From positions 15,500,001-15,564,000 of the forward strand of contig OZ024764.1 of NCBI GenBank assembly GCA_964016885.1: a stretch of DNA of 64,000 nt. The letters run 5' to 3'. Of this stretch, positions 26,460-39,735 are shown in pieces (position 1 is the first letter of the stretch; the number at the start of each line of letters is the position of its first letter). Both the position numbers and the translations under genes were made by a program. Under the pieces are notes generated by a model. That model saw only the letters and a program-made list of their open reading frames with translations. It was not told the origin of the DNA and made no database searches. This stretch comes from Eledone cirrhosa. Its lineage: Eukaryota.

Positions 26460-26503
<44 letters not shown>

Positions 26504-27422
26504 GTATGCATATATATATATATGTGTGGGTAAATATATGTGTGTGTGTAAATATATATGTGTGTGTGTGTGTATATATATATATGTGTGTGTGTGTGCG
26601 TAAATATATATGTGTGTGTGTATGTGTATATATATATATATATGTGTGTGTGTGTATATATATATATATGTGTGTGTCATCATCATCATCATCATCATCG
26701 TTTAACGTCCGTGTTCCACGCTTGCATGGGTTTGGACAGGGGTAGTCCCACTTGAGGCAAGAGTGGTTGTCTTGCTCGCATAGGACTGTCTGGCAGGTTT
26801 TCTACAGTTGGATGCCCTTCCTAACACCAACCACATTTACAGTGCGGGTCTGGGAGGTTTTTACCGTGTTGCCTACACGGCCACATTACAGCGTGGACTG
26901 TGTGTTTTTTTGTCGTGACACCTACACGATCTCATTTGTTTCGGCCTCGATGGCGCGGCACCAACATAACTTTACATAGAACGGGGTGGTGTGGATGGGG
27001 TGGGGGCGGGGGTGGTGGGACGGGGTGTATTTTGTTAGAGATGCCTACTGGCTGGAGTAGGTTTTACTATATATTTAGGTAAGGCGGGTCTTCTCTGTTA
27101 CTGAGTACCTGTTACTGTGTGTGTATATATATATATATATATGTGTGTGTATATATATATATGTATCATCATCACCGTTTTTACATCCGTTCTTCCACGC
27201 TAGCATGGGTTAGACGGGTTGTCCTGTTGTGGGCAGTGTCCGGTCAGCTGACCTTGTCTTGCTCATACGGGAACTGGTTCTGGCTTGATTTCTACAGCTG
27301 GATACCCTTCCTAACACCAACCTCATTTACAGTGAGTGCTGGGAGGTTTTTACCGTCTTACCTACATGACCACATTACAGCGTGGACTGTGTGTTTATTT
27401 GTCGTGACATCTACACGATCTT

Positions 27423-27501
<79 letters not shown>

Positions 27502-27512
27502 ATATATATATA

Positions 27513-27545
<33 letters not shown>

Positions 27546-27610
27546 GTGTGTGTATATATATATATATGTGTGTGTATATATATATATATATGTGTGTATA
27601 TATATATATA

Positions 27611-27643
<33 letters not shown>

Positions 27644-27711
27644 GTGTGTATATATATATATGTGTGTGTATATATATATATATATATATGTGTGTATATA
27701 TATATATATAT

Positions 27712-28197
27712 GTCATCATCATCATCATCATCATCACCGTTTTACGTCCGTTCTTCCACGCTAGCATGGGTTAGACGGGTTGTCCTGTTGTGGGCAGTGT
27801 CTGGTCAGCTGACCATGTCTTGCTCATACAGGAACTGATTTGGCTTGATTTCTACAGCTGGATGCCCTTCCTAACACCAACCTCATTTACAGTGAGTGCT
27901 GGGTGCTTTTTCGTGGCGCCTACACGTCCACTCTACAGTGTGGGCTGGGTGCTTTTTTGCCGTGGCACCTCCACGACCACCTTGCAGTGGGGGTGTGTGG
28001 GGGCATATTGTCTATATGCTTCAGCTTATACCCATGGGAGGTCGGGTACTCTGTATTACTGCGTGACGCCAGAGGTCACGGTCGTGTGTTATTGTCTTTG
28101 AGAGGTGTAGTTGGGTAAAGTCGGCTTTTATCACCTCATCCCAAGTCATCTTGGGTCTCCCCACTCCGCGGTTTCCATCAACTTCTAGTGCTCTGCA
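27712..28197 (-). mobile_element. 3' end and 3'UTR of the same RTE family, in inverted orientation
   Basis: [26 protein letters not shown]...* then 3'UTR and (GAT)n; continues the ORF broken at 26402. Confidence 0.8.
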
Positions 28198-28388
28198 TGT
28201 GTGTATATATATATATATATGCGTGTGTGTGTGTATATATATATATATACATATGTGTATATGTGTGTGTGTGTATATATATACATATATATATGTGTGT
28301 GTATATATATATATACATATATATATGTGTGTGTATATATATATATATGTGTGTGTGTATATATATATGTGTGCGTGTGTGTGTATAT

Positions 28389-28419
<31 letters not shown>

Positions 28420-28429
28420 TATATGTGTG

Positions 28430-28470
<41 letters not shown>

Positions 28471-28711
28471 GTGTATATGTATATATACATATATGTGTGT
28501 GTGTGTGTATATGTATATATATATATATGTGTGTGTATATGTATATATATATACATATGTGTATGTGTGTGTGTATGTGTGTATATATACATATGTGTGT
28601 GTGTGTATATATACATACATGTGTGTGTATGTGTGTGTGTCCTCTACAATGTGGTATTATGTCCACAGGTATTATTGGTCATACATTATCAACATACCTG
28701 AATGAATGGCA

Positions 28712-29690
28712 TGTGGTGGTGGTGGTGGTGGTGGTGGTGGTGGTGGTGGTGGTGGTGGTGGTGGTGGTGGTGGTGGTGGTGGTAGAGGTGGTGGTGGTGG
28801 GGCTGGTAGTGGTGGTGGTGGGGCTGGTAGTGGTGGTGGTGGTGGTGGTGGTAGAGGTGGTGGTGGTGGGGCTGGTAGTGGTGGTGGTGGGGCTGGTAGT
28901 GGTGGTGGTGGTGGTGGTGGTGGTGGTGGTGGTGGTGGTGGTGGTGGTGGTGGTAGAGGTGGTGGTGGTGGGGCTGGTAGTGGTGGTGGTGGGGCTGGTA
29001 GTGGTGGTGGTGGGGCTGGTAGTGGTGGTGGTGGGGCTGGTAGTGGTGGTGGTGGTGGTGGTGGTGGTGGTGGTGGTATTGGTGGTGGTGGTGGTGGTGG
29101 TGGTGGTGGTGGGGCTGGTAGTGGTGGTGGTGGGGCTGGTAGTGGTGGTGGTGGTGGTGGTGGTGGTGGTGGTGGTATTGGTGGTGGTGGTGGTGGTGGT
29201 GGTGGGGGGGCTGGTAGTGGTGGGGGGGGGGGGGGGCTGGTAGTGGTTGTGGTGGTGGTGGTGGTGGTAGTAGAGGTTGGGGGGTAGAGGTGGTGGTGGT
29301 GGTGGTAGTGGTGGTGGTGGTAGTAGAGGTTGGGGGGTAGAGGTGGTGGTGGTGGTGGTAGTAGAGGTTGGGGGGTAGAGGTGGTGGTGGTGGTGGTGGT
29401 GGTAGTAGAGGTGGTGGTGGTGGTGGTGGTAGAGGTGGTGGTGGTGGTGGTGGTAGAGGTTGGGGGGTAGAGGTGGTGGTGGTGGTGGTGGTGGGGCTGG
29501 TAGGGGTGGTGGTGGTAGAGGTAGTATGGGTGGTGGTGGTGGTGGGGTGGGGGAAGTAGTAGTGGTAGTAGTGGTGGTGGTGGTGGTAGTAGTGGTAGTA
29601 GGGGTGGTGGTGGTAGTAGTGATAGTTGGGGTGGTGGTAGTGGTGGTAGAGGTAGTGGTGGTGGTGGTAGTGGTAGTAGTAGTAGTGGTA
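28712..29690. repeat. (GGT)n-based low-complexity tract (similar tract at 16105-16830)
   Basis: direct inspection. Confidence 0.95.
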
Positions 29691-29860
29691 GAGCTCAAGC
29701 CGTTTCGATGGCTATTTCTGGACCGAAATAGCCGTCGAAACGGCTTGAGCTCTGCCGTCGGGGTCTTGAACATTTTCCTATTACCCACTCTACTACCCAA
29801 AGTATTGAGTACTCTGGTGGGTTATGGTCCATCTGGTTCCTTACCACAATTCCTTCGTTA
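29690..29860. mobile_element. fold-back element carrying the 3' half of a hammerhead (copies at about 9150-9258, 41000-41100, 41112-41297, 53635-53805, 54195-54260)
   Basis: GAAA-CGGC ttgagctct GCCG-TC-GGGG motif, internal inverted repeats, mostly (TA)n flanks. Confidence 0.6.
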
Positions 29861-29925
29861 TATATATATACATGTATATATATGTATGTATATATATATA
29901 TATGTGTATGTATATATATATAAAC

Positions 29926-29973
<48 letters not shown>

Positions 29974-29991
29974 ATGTATATATATATAAAC

Positions 29992-30149
<158 letters not shown>

Positions 30150-30167
30150 ATGTATATATATATAAAC

Positions 30168-30221
<54 letters not shown>

Positions 30222-30239
30222 ATGTATATATATATAAAC

Positions 30240-30400
<161 letters not shown>

Positions 30401-30472
30401 AAACGGGAACAAAAACAGAGAGGCAGACGAACAAAGGCTAATTAGTTTCACGTTCTTGGGAGTGGGCGGGGG

Positions 30473-30500
30473 GACGTTTCGGGCATAAGCCCTTCTTCAG
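30473..30500 (-). ncRNA. minimal hammerhead ribozyme motif, sense to TBC1D10A intron 1
   Basis: CTGAAGA-aGGGC ttat GCCC-GAAA-CG-TC; a truncated sister copy lies at about 54638-54662. Confidence 0.7.
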
Positions 30501-30553
30501 GCGAAAAGTGCGTGGGAAGAGAGTTCCAAGGGCGTGTAGGGGAGTGGGGGAGA

Positions 30554-30609
<56 letters not shown>

Positions 30610-30610
<1 letters not shown>

Positions 30611-30797
30611 GTTATTCCGGGTTGAATCGGAGGTAACCACAGTAAGTAAGGTACTCAATACATAGCAGAGTATAAAAGTTTTAATATAGATGAGATTCTA
30701 CAGGACTAGAACTGTTTCATTCTTGAGAAATCATCAGGGATTCCTGATGATTTCTAAAGAATGAAACAGTTCTAGTCCTGTAGAATCTCATCTATAT
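30610..30797. mobile_element. short fold-back Penelope-like pseudo-LTR relic (family copies at about 18265-18415, 31303-31477, 39949-40140, 55925-56035)
   Basis: shared ~190-bp sequence with head-to-head inverted hammerhead arms, mostly in (TA)n. Confidence 0.7.
30739..30787 (+). ncRNA. type I hammerhead ribozyme in a fold-back element
   Basis: GATTC-CTGATGA-tTTC taaa GAAt-GAAA-CAG ttctagtc CTG-TA-GAATC; all three stems pair. Confidence 0.8.
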
Positions 30798-30922
30798 ATA
30801 TATAGAGAGAGAGAGAGAAAATTGAGGTTGGTAATGGCACATGGAATATATAAGAGACAGAATACTTTTTGGTGAAAAAACATAATTGTATAAGGTAAGG
30901 AAATAATAAAGGGTATAAAAAA

Positions 30923-30970
<48 letters not shown>

Positions 30971-31379
30971 TGACACACAGACATATTATATATGTATATG
31001 TGTGATGTGGGGAGAGGGCATGATTCCAACTAAAGGACCCTCTGTTTCGGCTCTCTCTACAAACACGTATTTAGTCCTACCCTATATTTATATATATAAC
31101 ATACACACACACGTATATATGTGTGTGTGTGGATAACAGACACAGACACATACATATATAAACACACACACACACGAATAGAGGCGTTAGTCACAAGCAA
31201 ACATAAACACACCTGACTGATAGCGTATACAGACACACACACGTATTTAATATATTGTTCTTATGATATATATATATATATATATATGTATGTATATATA
31301 TATCCCGGGTTCAATCGGGTGTAACTACAGTAAGTAAGGTACTGAATACAAAGCAGAGTATAAATATTTAATATAGAAA

Positions 31380-31429
31380 GGCTTCGACAGGACTAGAACT
31401 GTTTCATTCGGGTGAAATCATCAGGAACC
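31380..31429 (-). ncRNA. type I hammerhead ribozyme, sense to TBC1D10A intron 1
   Basis: ggTTC-CTGATGA-tTTC accc GAAt-GAAA-CAG ttctagtc CTG-TC-GAAgcc (GUC site). Confidence 0.72.
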
Positions 31430-31504
31430 GAATGAAACAGTTCTAGTCCTGTAGAAGCCTTTCTATATTAAATATATTACAACAATATGACCCTCCCCAA
31501 CTAT

Positions 31505-31547
<43 letters not shown>

Positions 31548-31863
31548 GTACACACACCCATACATACGTACACAGACAGACAGGCAAACGGACGCATACA
31601 TGTAAATATGCAGAGATGCACACACACACACACACACACACAACGGGATATTATATATATATATAATATATATACATAAATATACATATATATATATACA
31701 TAAATATATATATATATATATACATATATATACATATATATATATACATATATATACATAAATATATATACATAAATATATGTTTCGTGGAGGGATCATA
31801 ATGGGAAATAACCAATGCAAGAAAAAACTAATATAATTATAATTAATATATACACACACACAC

Positions 31864-31902
<39 letters not shown>

Positions 31903-32285
31903 TGTATATATATAGATAAATATGTATATATATAGATAAATATGTATATATATAGATATATAGATATGTATATAAATATATATATATATAAATATGTCTA
32001 TATATATATATAGATATATAGATATGTATATCAATATATAAATATGTATATATATAGATATGTATATAAATATGTATATATATAGATATGTATATAAATA
32101 TATATATATAAATATGTATATATATAGATATATAGATATGTATATAAATATATATATATATAAATATGTATATATATATATATAAATATGTATATATATA
32201 GATATATAGATATGTATATAAATATATATAATATATATATATACATGTATATAAATATATATACATGTATATATATATATACATG

Positions 32286-32319
<34 letters not shown>

Positions 32320-32438
32320 ATTAACGCCATCGGTACCATATTTCTAATGAAAGACTCAGTTCTCTACGATTTTCAAATCGTTGATCAAGATTTTGGAGGG
32401 ATTTAATGTAACCAACTTTCTCGTTATTAACTTGCTCT

Positions 32439-32730
32439 TTGGAACATAACCTAACAAAGGTTCCTACATTGAATTACGACGAAAAGGTCTTTAGATGAGT
32501 ATAAACACTTTAAAACAAAACAGGGGTGGTTTCCGATGGTTTCGTATCAAATAAGGTTTAGCTGGTGCTTGGAACATAACTTAACAAAGGTTCCTACATT
32601 GAATTACGACGAAAGGGTTTTTAGATGAGTATAAACACTTTAAAACAAAACAGGGGTGGTTTCCGATGGTTTCGTATCAAAAAAGGTTTAGCTGGTGCTT
32701 GGAACATAACTCAACAAAGGTTCTTACATG
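32439..32730. repeat. 130-bp tandem repeat, about 2.2 copies
   Basis: TTGGAACATAAC at 32439, 32569, 32699. Confidence 0.88.
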
Positions 32731-32880
32731 AAATCTAGAAAGAAGAGGTGTATTTTTTTTTTGTTTTTGTTTTTTTAAATAAATATAAACAGAAATGGTT
32801 TATTAATAATAGAAGCAGAGACTGGTTAGAGGCAGTGGTTAGTATTAAAATGATTAATTAAGAAAGAGGGGGCCACTTAC

Positions 32881-33158
32881 TCGTCTGGACTGGTGTAATG
32901 GTCTCCTCCCATAAAGCCGTATCTGTCTATAGACCTTGACGAAAGAACTCCGTTATGTTTGCCATTACTGTACAAATCCTCATCATCACCACCGCAGCCT
33001 TCCATTTCGTGGTGGTAGTCATCTTGGCCATCGTCTTGCTCTTCTGACCGAATAGCTGGTGCTCCCGCCAAGTCCTCAAATGGGCTCTCGTCGTCGTCTT
33101 CTTCGTCATCTTCATCACCTCGATAGGAAGTTCGTCTGTTCGGCCTGGCGTTAGCCAT
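32881..33158 (-). CDS. TBC1D10A: TBC1D10A/B (EPI64)-family Rab GAP, coding exon 1 (MANARPNRR...IDRYGFMGGDHYTSPD-E)
   Basis: ATG in aaaATGG context; acidic N-terminus followed by the DRYGF motif typical of TBC N-termini; donor GA|gtaagt, phase 2, matches exon 2. Confidence 0.88.
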
Positions 33159-33169
33159 TTTCGCTTTCT

Positions 33170-34212
33170 CCCTCCTCTTACTCTCTTACACTCTCTCCCT
33201 GCTCTTCCTGTTACTCTCTTACTCTGTCTCTCTCTCTTCTCCTCCTCTTACACTCTTACTCTCTTTCTCTCTCTCCCTGCTCCTCCTGTTACTCTCTTAC
33301 TCTCTTTCTCTCTCTCCCTGCTCCTCATGTTACTCTCTTACTCTCTCTCCCTGCTCTTCCTGGTACTCTCTTACTCTGTCTCTCTCTCCTCCTCCTGTTA
33401 CTCTCTTACTCTCTTTCTCTCTCTCCCTGCTCCTCCTGTTACTCTCTTACTCTTTCTCTCCCTCCCTCCTCCTCTTACTCTCTTTCTCTCTCTCTCCTCC
33501 TCCTCTTACTATCTTACTCTGTCTCTCTCTCTCCTCCTCCTCTTACTCTCTTACTCTGTCTCTCTCCCTACTCCTCCTCCTACTCTCTTTCTCTCCCTCT
33601 TCCTTCTCTTACTCTCTCTCCCTAACACTTTCTCGTTGTCTCTCTCTTTCTCCTCCCCTTCCTTCTCTCCTTCCCCCTTTTTCTCTCCTTTAATTCTTTT
33701 CTTCCGTCTCTCCCTCTCCCTAACTCTCTCTTTCTCTTTCTTCTTCCTCCTCTCCTACATCTATTAATGCTTTCCTTCTCTTTCTTCTTTATACACCCTC
33801 CCCACCTTATACTATTAGTCTTCCTCCTTCCCCCTCCCCCTCCCCACCATATACTATTAGTCTTCCCCTCCCCCTCCCCACCCTATACTATTAGTCTTCC
33901 TCCTTCTCCCTCCCCACCGTATACTATTAGTCTCCCCCCCACCTTATACTATTAGTCTTCCCCCTCCCCCTCTCTACCCTATACTATTAGTCTTCTTCCT
34001 TCTCCCTCCCCCTCCCCACCTTATACTATTAGTCTTCCTCCTTCCCCCTCCCCACCTTATACTATTAGTATTCCCCCTCCCCACCTTATACTACTAGTCT
34101 TTCTCCTTCCTCCCCCTCCACCTAATACTATTAGTCTTCCTCCTTCCCCCTCCCCTCCTTATACTATTAGTCTTTCTCCTTCCTCCCCCTCCACCTCACT
34201 CTATACTATTAG
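33170..34212. repeat. CT-rich low-complexity tract plus ~33-bp TATACTATTAGTC minisatellite upstream of the TBC1D10A ATG
   Basis: direct inspection. Confidence 0.85.
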
Positions 34213-34320
34213 ACGGGATTAAGATATTTACGTAACTGGGCTGTTACACTCATCAGCAAGGATGCCCAAGTCTTAAGGTAGTTCCATACAGTGTGTGTTA
34301 GCTGTTACCGCAGGATATGT

Positions 34321-34634
34321 GAAGGTGCATGGCTTAGTGGTTAGAGCATTGGGTTTGCAATCGAAAGATTGTGAGTTCAATTCTCAGACCGGGTGATGTG
34401 TTGTTTCCTTGAGCAAGACACTTTATTTCACATTGCTCCAGTTTACTTGTTGTTGTTGTTACAGCTCACACCGTATGCAGGTTTAGCTGGCCTCCTCCAA
34501 GGTATATGTCGTTGCAGGTGTTTTGAGTAATTTAATGATAGGGACCCCAGTCCTATCAACTCATTTCTACAGCTGAGTAAACTGGAGCAATGTGAAATAA
34601 AATGCCTTGTTCAAGGAAACAACACATCACCCAG

Positions 34635-34635
<1 letters not shown>
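34321..34635. mobile_element. two opposed partial SINE B copies; the minus copy has a third tail type ending in (AAC)n
   Basis: head on + at 34321-34446; minus copy 34447-34635; tail also seen at 59110-59280. Confidence 0.7.
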
Positions 34636-34676
<41 letters not shown>

Positions 34677-34733
34677 TCATTTTACGCAAGTAGGGAAAAG
34701 CGGACATAAAATGACGATGAAAATGATGATATG

Positions 34734-34773
<40 letters not shown>

Positions 34774-34788
34774 AAGAGAGACGTTTAA

Positions 34789-35216
34789 CCCTTTAGCATT
34801 TAAACCAGTCATATCCAGCCAGAACACTCTCTTTTTTCTGTTCAAACTGGCTGTAACCAGTCACTAATATTAAGGTATTATTCTCAAAATAAATAACATC
34901 AAAATCTCATAGATTTAATATTATGTGAGATATTATGTAAGATAAAGCCTTTACTGTGAAAATACAGTAGTATATATAGAGTAATGTAAATGTTATGTGA
35001 GATATTATGTGAGGTAAAGCCTTTACTGTGAAAATACAATAGTATATATAGAGTAATGTAAATGTTATGTGAGATATTATGTGAGGTAAAGCCTTTACTG
35101 TGAAAATACAATAGTATATATAGAGTAATGTAAATGTTATGTGAGATATTATGTGAGGTAAAGCCTTTACTGTGAAAATACAATAGTATATATAGAGTAA
35201 TGTAAATGCAAAAGGG
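34789..35216. mobile_element. piggyBac-type MITE containing ~4 copies of a 72-bp repeat
   Basis: TTAA on both sides; TIRs CCCTTTAGCATTTA / TAAATGCAAAAGGG. Confidence 0.88.
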
Positions 35217-35300
35217 TTAAAATCCAATCTTGACTACAGCGCCAGCCAGTTTCAGCTTGTGTTGTTGGTAAGCCTTTCTAAGGGTGTAGTATATATATAA

Positions 35301-35379
<79 letters not shown>

Positions 35380-35473
35380 GATAAATATATATCCTAGAAA
35401 CGATCGTTAAATAATGAACTTTTTTTGTTTAATATAAGGAACTGTTTCATTGTTTTATTCATTATTTTTTTAA

Positions 35474-35527
<54 letters not shown>

Positions 35528-35568
35528 CGAAACATAAGTCAATTGCATCAACTCATAATCCTTTATTT

Positions 35569-35624
35569 ACTGCTATATATATTTCGATGATAACCATTGA
35601 ATGGCTATGATCTCATCAGGCAGT
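35569..35624 (-). ncRNA. type I hammerhead ribozyme
   Basis: ACTGC-CTGATGA-GATcATAGCCAT tca ATGGTTATcATC-GAAA-TATATA-TA-GCAGT; perfect stem I, long stem II, palindromic stem III. Confidence 0.82.
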
Positions 35625-36355
35625 TAATCAGTTCTTAGATATGCCAGCTCTGTGTTTATAGTGTTGATGGTATCAGAGCCTTGGGACATATCATCATCAT
35701 CATCATCATCATATATATATATATATATTGGAAAATGTGTGAGATCCTTGGTACAGTTAGGTATATTTGAAAAAAAGGAAAAGAATTACTTCACTTGTAG
35801 TGCTAAATAATTTGATTTAATTTTATAATATTATAATATTATGAGTTGGTAGATCTAGTAAGTTCTTCGTTAACTTCGGTTGGAAGATTTTTAAAGATTC
35901 CTGGTTAACATTCATCGGTGGCGATTGTCAGACTGATGAATGCGAGAAAGTTCTCCAACAAAGTTAAGCAGGAATCTTTAAAATTCTTGATGATATATAT
36001 ATGTGTGTGTGAATGAAGTATTTCCGTAGGAAAGGTACAGGAAAAAAGAGTGCTCTATGTAAGCTTCAGAGCTTATTAGTTATGTAATATTAGTATTACA
36101 TCATCATCATCACCGTTTTACGTCCGTTCTTCCACGCTAGCATGGGTTAGACGGGTTGTCCTGTTGTGGGCAGTGTCTGGTCGGCTGACCATGTCTTGCT
36201 CATACAGGAACTGATTTGGCTTGATTTCTACAGCTGGATGCCCTTCCTAACACCAACCTCATTTACAGTGAGTGGTGGGTGCTTTTTCGTGGCGCCTACA
36301 CGTACATAAATAAATAAATATATATATATACATATATAAATATATATATATATAC

Positions 36356-36450
<95 letters not shown>

Positions 36451-37026
36451 AACCCATGCAAGCGTGGAACACGGACGTTAAACGTTGATGATGATGATGA
36501 TGATATAGAAATCAAGCCATAATCAGTTCCCGTATGAGCAAGGCATGGTCACCCAACCTAGCATTGCCTACAACAGGACACAGGACAACCCATTTAACCT
36601 ATGCTAGCGTAGAAGAATGGACATAAAATGGTGATGATGATTTCTTATATATATATATATATATATATATAACATATAAATATCGTTTTTTACAAAAGCA
36701 TAGGTGGAAAAGTTAAACACACCTCAAAATACAGTAATTTATTATAGAAGCTGTACAAAAGGCTATGTATCACCCCTTTGAAAGAATTTTCCAGAAAGGC
36801 ATGTATACAAAATCCTATCGTGCTAAAAATAACAATTACACTAGTAGCAGATTATTCATGTATATATTTAATATATATACATATATATATATATCACATA
36901 ACATTTACATTACTCTATATATACTACAGTCAGTAGGCACCTCTTAACTCAATGTACACCCTACCGACACCCCCTACTCACCCTCGCTCTCCCGTTCCAT
37001 CCACTGTGTTGATGACACAACAGTCC

Positions 37027-39070
37027 CCACTGTAAAGTGGTCATGTAGGAGACACGGTGAAAAGGCTCCCAGTCCACACTGTAAAGTGGTCATGTAGGAG
37101 ACACAGTAAAAAGGCTTCCAGTCCACACTGTAAAGTGGTCATGTAGGAGACACAGTAAAAAGGCTTCCAGCCCACACTGTAAAGTGGTCATGTAGGAGAC
37201 ACAGTAAAAAGGCTCCCAGTCCACACTGTAAAGTGGTCATGTAGGAGACACAGTAAAAAGGCTTCCAGTCCACACTGTAAAGTGGTCATGTAGGAGACAC
37301 GGTAAAAAGGCTCCCAGTCCACACTGTAAAGTGGTCATGTAGGAGACACAGTAAAAAGGCTCTCAGTCCACACTGTAAAGTGGTCATGTAGGAGACACAG
37401 TAAAAAGGCTTCCAGTCCACACTGTAAAGTGGTCATGTAGGAGACACAGTAAAAAGGCTCCCAGTCCACACTGTAAAGTGGTCATGTAGGAGACACAGTA
37501 AAAAGGCTCCCAGTCCACACTGTAAAGTGGTCATGAAGGAGACATGGTAAAAAGGCTCCCAGTCCACACTGTAAAGTGGTCATGTAGGAGACACAGTAAA
37601 AAGGCTCTCAGTCCACACTGTAAAGTGGTCATGTAGGAGACACAGTAAAAAGGCTTCCAGTCCACACTGTAAAGTGGTCATGTAGGAGACACAGTAAAAA
37701 GGCTCCCAGTCCACACTGTAAAGTGGTCATGTAGGAGACACAGTAAAAAGGCTCCCAGTCCACACTGTAAAGTGATCATGAAGGAGACATGGTAAAAAGG
37801 CTCCCAGTCCACACTGTAAAGTGGTCGTGTAGGAGACACAGTAAAAAGGCTTCCAGTCCACACTGTAAAGTGGTCATGTAGGAGACACAGTAAAAAGGCT
37901 CTCAGTCCACACTGTAAAGTGGTCATGTAGGAGACACAGTAAAAAGGCTCCCAGTCCACACTGTAAAGTGGCCATGTAGGAGACACGGTAAAAAGGTTCC
38001 CAGTCCACACTGTAAAGTGGTCATGTAGGAGACACAGTAAAAAGGCTCCCAGTCCACACTGTAAAGTGGTCGTGTAGGAGACACAGTAAAAAGGCTCCCA
38101 GTCCACACTGTAATGTGGTCATGTAGGAGACACAGTAAAAAGGCTCCCAGTCCACACTGTAAAGTGGTCATGAAGGAGACACGGTAAAAAGGCTCCCAGT
38201 CCACACTGTAAAGTGGTCATGTAGGAGACACGGTAAAAAGGCCCCCAGTCCACACTGTAAAGTGGTCATGAAGGAGACACAGTAAAAAGGCTCCCAGTCC
38301 ACACTGTAAAGTGGTCATGAAGGAGACACAGTAAAAAGGCTCCCAGTCCACACTGTAAAGTGGTCGTGTAGGAGACACAGTAAAAAGGCTCCCAGTCCAC
38401 ACTGTAAAGTGGTCATGTAGGAGACACAGTAAAAAGGCTCCCAGTCCACACTGTAAAGTGGTCATGAAGGAGACACAGTAAAAAGGCTCCCAGTCCACAT
38501 TGTAAAGTGGTCGTGTAGGAGACACAGTAAAAAGGCTCCCAGTCCACACTGTAAAGTGGTCATGAAGGAGACACAGTAAAAAGGCTCCCAGTCCACACTG
38601 TAAAGTGGTCGTGTAGGAGACACAGTAAAAAGGCTCCCAGTCCACACTGTAAAGTGGTCGTGTAGGAGACACAGTAAAAAGGCTCCCAGTCCACACTGTA
38701 AAGTGGTCGTGTAGGAGACACAGTAAAAAGCCTCCCAGTCCACACTGTAAAGTGGTCGTGTAGGAGACACAGTAAAAAGGCTCCCAGTCCACACTGTAAA
38801 GTGGTCGTGTAGGAGACACAGTAAAAAGGCTCCCAGTCCACACTGTAAAGTGGTCGTGTAGGAGACACAGTAAAAAGGCTCCCAGTCCACACTGTAAAGT
38901 GGTCATGAAGGAGACACAATAAAAAGGCTCCCAGTTCACACTGTAAAGTGGTCATGAAGGAGACACAGTAAAAAGGCTCCCAGTTCACACTGTAAAGTGG
39001 TCATGTAGGAGACACAATAAAAAGGCTCCCAGTCCACACTGTAAAGTGGTCGTGTAGGGGACACAGTAAA
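37027..39070. repeat. 49-bp minisatellite (~41 copies) derived from the RTE-3'UTR segment
   Basis: unit CCACACTGTAAAGTGGTCATGTAGGAGACACAGTAAAAAGGCTCCCAGT. Confidence 0.95.
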
Positions 39071-39329
39071 TCGTGAGGTTGTGATTTCCAGACCAGGTGA
39101 TGCATTAAATCACATTACTCCCTCTGCCTGGAGTTGTGACTGACAGATAGTATTAGCAATTGGAAAGACCAATGGAAGTATTGTTTCCTCGGTCCGATTT
39201 AACGAGCTCCACCCCACTCCTTAAATGAATGTGGTCTGGGATCTTGTCGACCGACTATCAATATAAGTATAACAATATATATATCAATAATATTAATAAA
39301 TGGAAAATATCTTTATAAAATCATATTTA

Positions 39330-39386
39330 TTTTATTATACATATTTCAAGGGTACTAATATTTAAGTGCGCTTTCGTCAGATAAAA
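39330..39386 (-). ncRNA. type I hammerhead ribozyme in a fold-back element
   Basis: TTTTAT-CTGACGA-AAG...CTT-GAAA-tatgta-TA-ATAAAA. Confidence 0.7.
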
Positions 39387-39504
39387 TATAATAATTGGTG
39401 TAAAGATAGTGACATATCTTCATGTGAACTTCATAAGTTCAGTGAGGATACTTGAAATACGTGTAAAAAAATAAATATGGTTTTATAAAGATATTTTCCA
39501 TTTA

Positions 39505-39535
<31 letters not shown>

Positions 39536-39572
39536 ATATAAGATCAAAAGATGGTTAAAGGAGTTCCATATA

Positions 39573-39639
39573 TTTTATTATGCGCATTTCAAAAACAAAC
39601 ATCATCATGCAATAATATTTGTGTTTTCATCAGATAAAA
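39573..39639 (-). ncRNA. type I hammerhead ribozyme (left arm of a 135-bp inverted repeat)
   Basis: reverse complement of the 39736-39802 motif. Confidence 0.8.
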
Positions 39640-39735
39640 CAGGAGAACATGATATGAAGGCTAAAAAACACTTGTGGATAGTGCAGTTTTAAATCAACAT
39701 ATGTTGATTTTTAGCCTTCATATCATGTTCTCCTG

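Noticed and set aside
28679-29800. Gly-rich, Val-rich and Thr-rich (mucin-like) ORFs
   Set aside because: (GGT)n microsatellite
34215-34262. Hammerhead-like CTGATGA plus stem on the minus strand
   Set aside because: GAAA and stem III are not intact; at most a decayed copy
35884-35988. Fold-back containing CTGATGA...GAAA
   Set aside because: Stems I and II do not pair convincingly; probably a decayed relative, not counted as a ribozyme
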